Positions 61,626 through 64,000 of a DNA stretch of 64,000 nt are shown piece after piece. The translations under genes were made by a program, and so were the position numbers. The notes beneath the pieces are model-generated. The model made no database searches and was not told where the DNA came from. It worked only from the letters and a program-made list of their open reading frames with translations. The stretch comes from Heteronotia binoei (taxonomy: Eukaryota), in contig NC_083236.1 of the NCBI RefSeq assembly GCF_032191835.1, positions 20,212,001 to 20,276,000 on the forward strand. The letters are read 5' to 3'. Each line of letters opens with the position of its first letter. Position 1 is the first letter of the stretch.

Positions 61626-62499
61626 CTGTATTGTTGAAGGCTTTGTTGCCGCCACCACCATCACCACCTCCAGATTTTTTTATTGCAAACTGCTTGGTCA
61701 TTTAGTCCAGAAAGATAGAAAACATATTTGTTTCTGGCTGAGTAGTTCCCTGATTTACATCAGTAAGGTTATTACAATTGTGTTTCATGAATGGTCTAAT
61801 ACTGAATTGTCTAAGCATTGCTCAGCTAATGAATTAATGAATACTGCCGCAACTGCTGCTTGATTGACATAGACATGTGCAAGGAGCAGACACACACCCA
61901 AGTTTTCTGGAATGGTTCTCTCACAGTGTCATATCTCCCCCAATTTGATGGGAAAATCCAGTTTTACGCAATTGATTTTGAAGACATGAGAAATTCTGTA
62001 TTGCAGCCAATCGTTAGCAATACATGAGAAGTTATTGCATTCTTGGAATGAGGAAACACACCTTGCTGGATTAGACGACGGTGGCATGATCCAGAGAAAC
62101 ATACCAACACAACACCAGACTTCTAGGGGATGGACTGCCTAGGTATATTTTGTGATATGTCTCCATAAGCCTAGAATGAGGTTGCGCACTTTAGGCTCTA
62201 TGTGCTCTGCAGCATAAATTGAACATTTGGATTATAGCTCTTATGAAGATGCCCCACTAATGTTAGCAGAACTTTGTCATTTCTCAGCCATAATGATCAA
62301 GACAGCAGCTTTATGGAGCTCTTCGTCAACACCTGCCATGCATGAAAAATAGCATAGATACAGATGAAGAAAAAAAATTGCATCTCATTGTTACCAAAAT
62401 AAAATTGATCTGTCTGCCCGTCTATCTGTCTGTCTGTCTATCTATCTAATATTCTCATACAGCTATCGCCTTAACCAGAAGTTAGAACCAAAAATTATT

Positions 62500-62900
62500 T
62501 TTAAAAGACCTTACTCAGTATTATTTCTCATATATTTGATTATTGTGCCTATGAATTTTGCCACTGAGAGGGTGAGATGATCATTTGCATCCAATAGTAG
62601 CCATAACACCTGGGCTCGCACATTTAGCAATTCTGTATTTTTAAGCAAAGGGGTGACTAAATTAGCCCTCAACTCATTAAATATAGGGCACTCCATAATC
62701 ATATATTTGATAGTTTCAATTTTACCATATGAGCACTGCATGTTTAGTATGATACTCTATTATACTCTTGCCCTCCAAAACCGCCAAGGGAAGAACATTC
62801 ATTCTTGCCAAAGTAAAAGCTCTTCTTTGATTTGAGACTGTTGATTGATTAAAAAAATATATTTTGGTAGTTGCATCGGGAGGGCAATTCCCAAATGGAG
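62500..62900 (-). mobile_element. Old copy of the zinc-knuckle LINE family
   Basis: QRRAFTLARMNVLPLAVLEG and CSYGKIETIKYMIMECPIFNELR parallel the 58229 ORF. Confidence 0.75.
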
Positions 62901-64000
62901 TGATGAAAATGGATGTCATGTTCTGAGTTTTAGAATGAAAATCCCCATTATGAGCAATGCCTGCAATTGACAACGAAACCAGTACTGCTTTATTTATTTA
63001 CAGCATTTATAACCCACCTTTTATCCTGTGATAAAGTGTGTTATGCGTAAATAGTGTGAGCCTTGGAATTCTTAGGACTGATTCCTACCTGCATGCTCAC
63101 AGCTTCAGCATTGCAGCATCAAGTGAAAGAGACCTTTCCTGTCTCATCACATGTCCTCAAAACACAATCTTTTCAAGAAGAATTAATTGACACAATGATC
63201 TTCTGAAGTAGGTTAGGATGAAAGTGTGTGACTGCCCCAAGCTCACCTAGCAAGCTTACTACAGGATATTGTTTCGCTTCTGCAGAGGAACATTCCATTG
63301 AAAACCCTGGAAATTGTTTAAGTGCATGGGTTCAGGTTGGAACATAAAACAAATCCCTTTTCCCATGCTAAAACAATAACAGAATTAATTAACAAATTGA
63401 CATGAAACATAACTTTTCAAAAAATTGCAAATACTTTTACGATGGTACCAGTAGGCTCATAAAAGCAAAAAGGAAAAAGAAAAATCATGTGCAATTATCC
63501 TTTAATTTCTGAAGCCATTAGGCAGCTTGCTGGGTTTTAAAAAAATTAGCATTTCCCACTGTATTTGAAACTGGCAACGCATTCGTCAAAGAGAAGAATT
63601 ATGTGCTTACTGACTTGTAATCAGCATTTTAACAAATAAAGAAGCCAGGGGAAAAGAGGATGGAATTTAATGGGAAAACTCAAACGTATGCAAGAAGCAT
63701 CTGTGCAGGGTGCAGAGAATGTGGGGGAGGAGGTTTTCCCCTCAATAAACAGCATCCCCCCCTCCCTGGACGTCCCCCTTCCCCCTTCCCTCCGAAAACC
63801 ATGTCAGTGATCAAGAAAATGAGAACAGGGCTTGATTCTCTGCTGACTCTATTCTTGTTACATCATATCAAGCAAAAGCAGAGATGGGAGGTGCCTGTTC
63901 TGTAGGAATAACGAATCTACACACCAGCATTTCATCTCTTACTCGTCCTCATTAGCTGGCTTTTTCTGTAAAAAAAAAAAAAGGGGACATATTTTATGAG

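Overview
Vertebrate genomic DNA from a squamate reptile, probably a gecko. This is inferred from the Sauria SINE, BovB, CR1, L2, Penelope and 5S-SINE content. The window lies inside PHF21B on the minus strand. Four coding exons with canonical AG/GT sites splice in frame (27306-27398, 12602-12955, 9576-9698, 5173-5224), and a divergent candidate fifth exon lies near 2908-2969. The first two exons are not visible, so 27.4-64 kb is probably one large intron. The rest is TE-rich intron: nine Sauria SINEs, several other SINE families, fragments of L2, CR1, BovB/RTE, Penelope and a zinc-knuckle LINE, and many non-autonomous hAT elements with 8-bp target site duplications (TSDs). Nearly all ORF-track entries are TE debris or noise. 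The main oddities are: a 51-bp exact copy of a nearby CR1 inside a BovB element; the apparent absence of the conserved PHF21B EIQSKRQERKRR exon; stacked insertions with a resolvable order; a ~250-bp-arm foldback next to the large exon; and a candidate in-frame alternative start exon. I found no evidence for a new multi-gene system.
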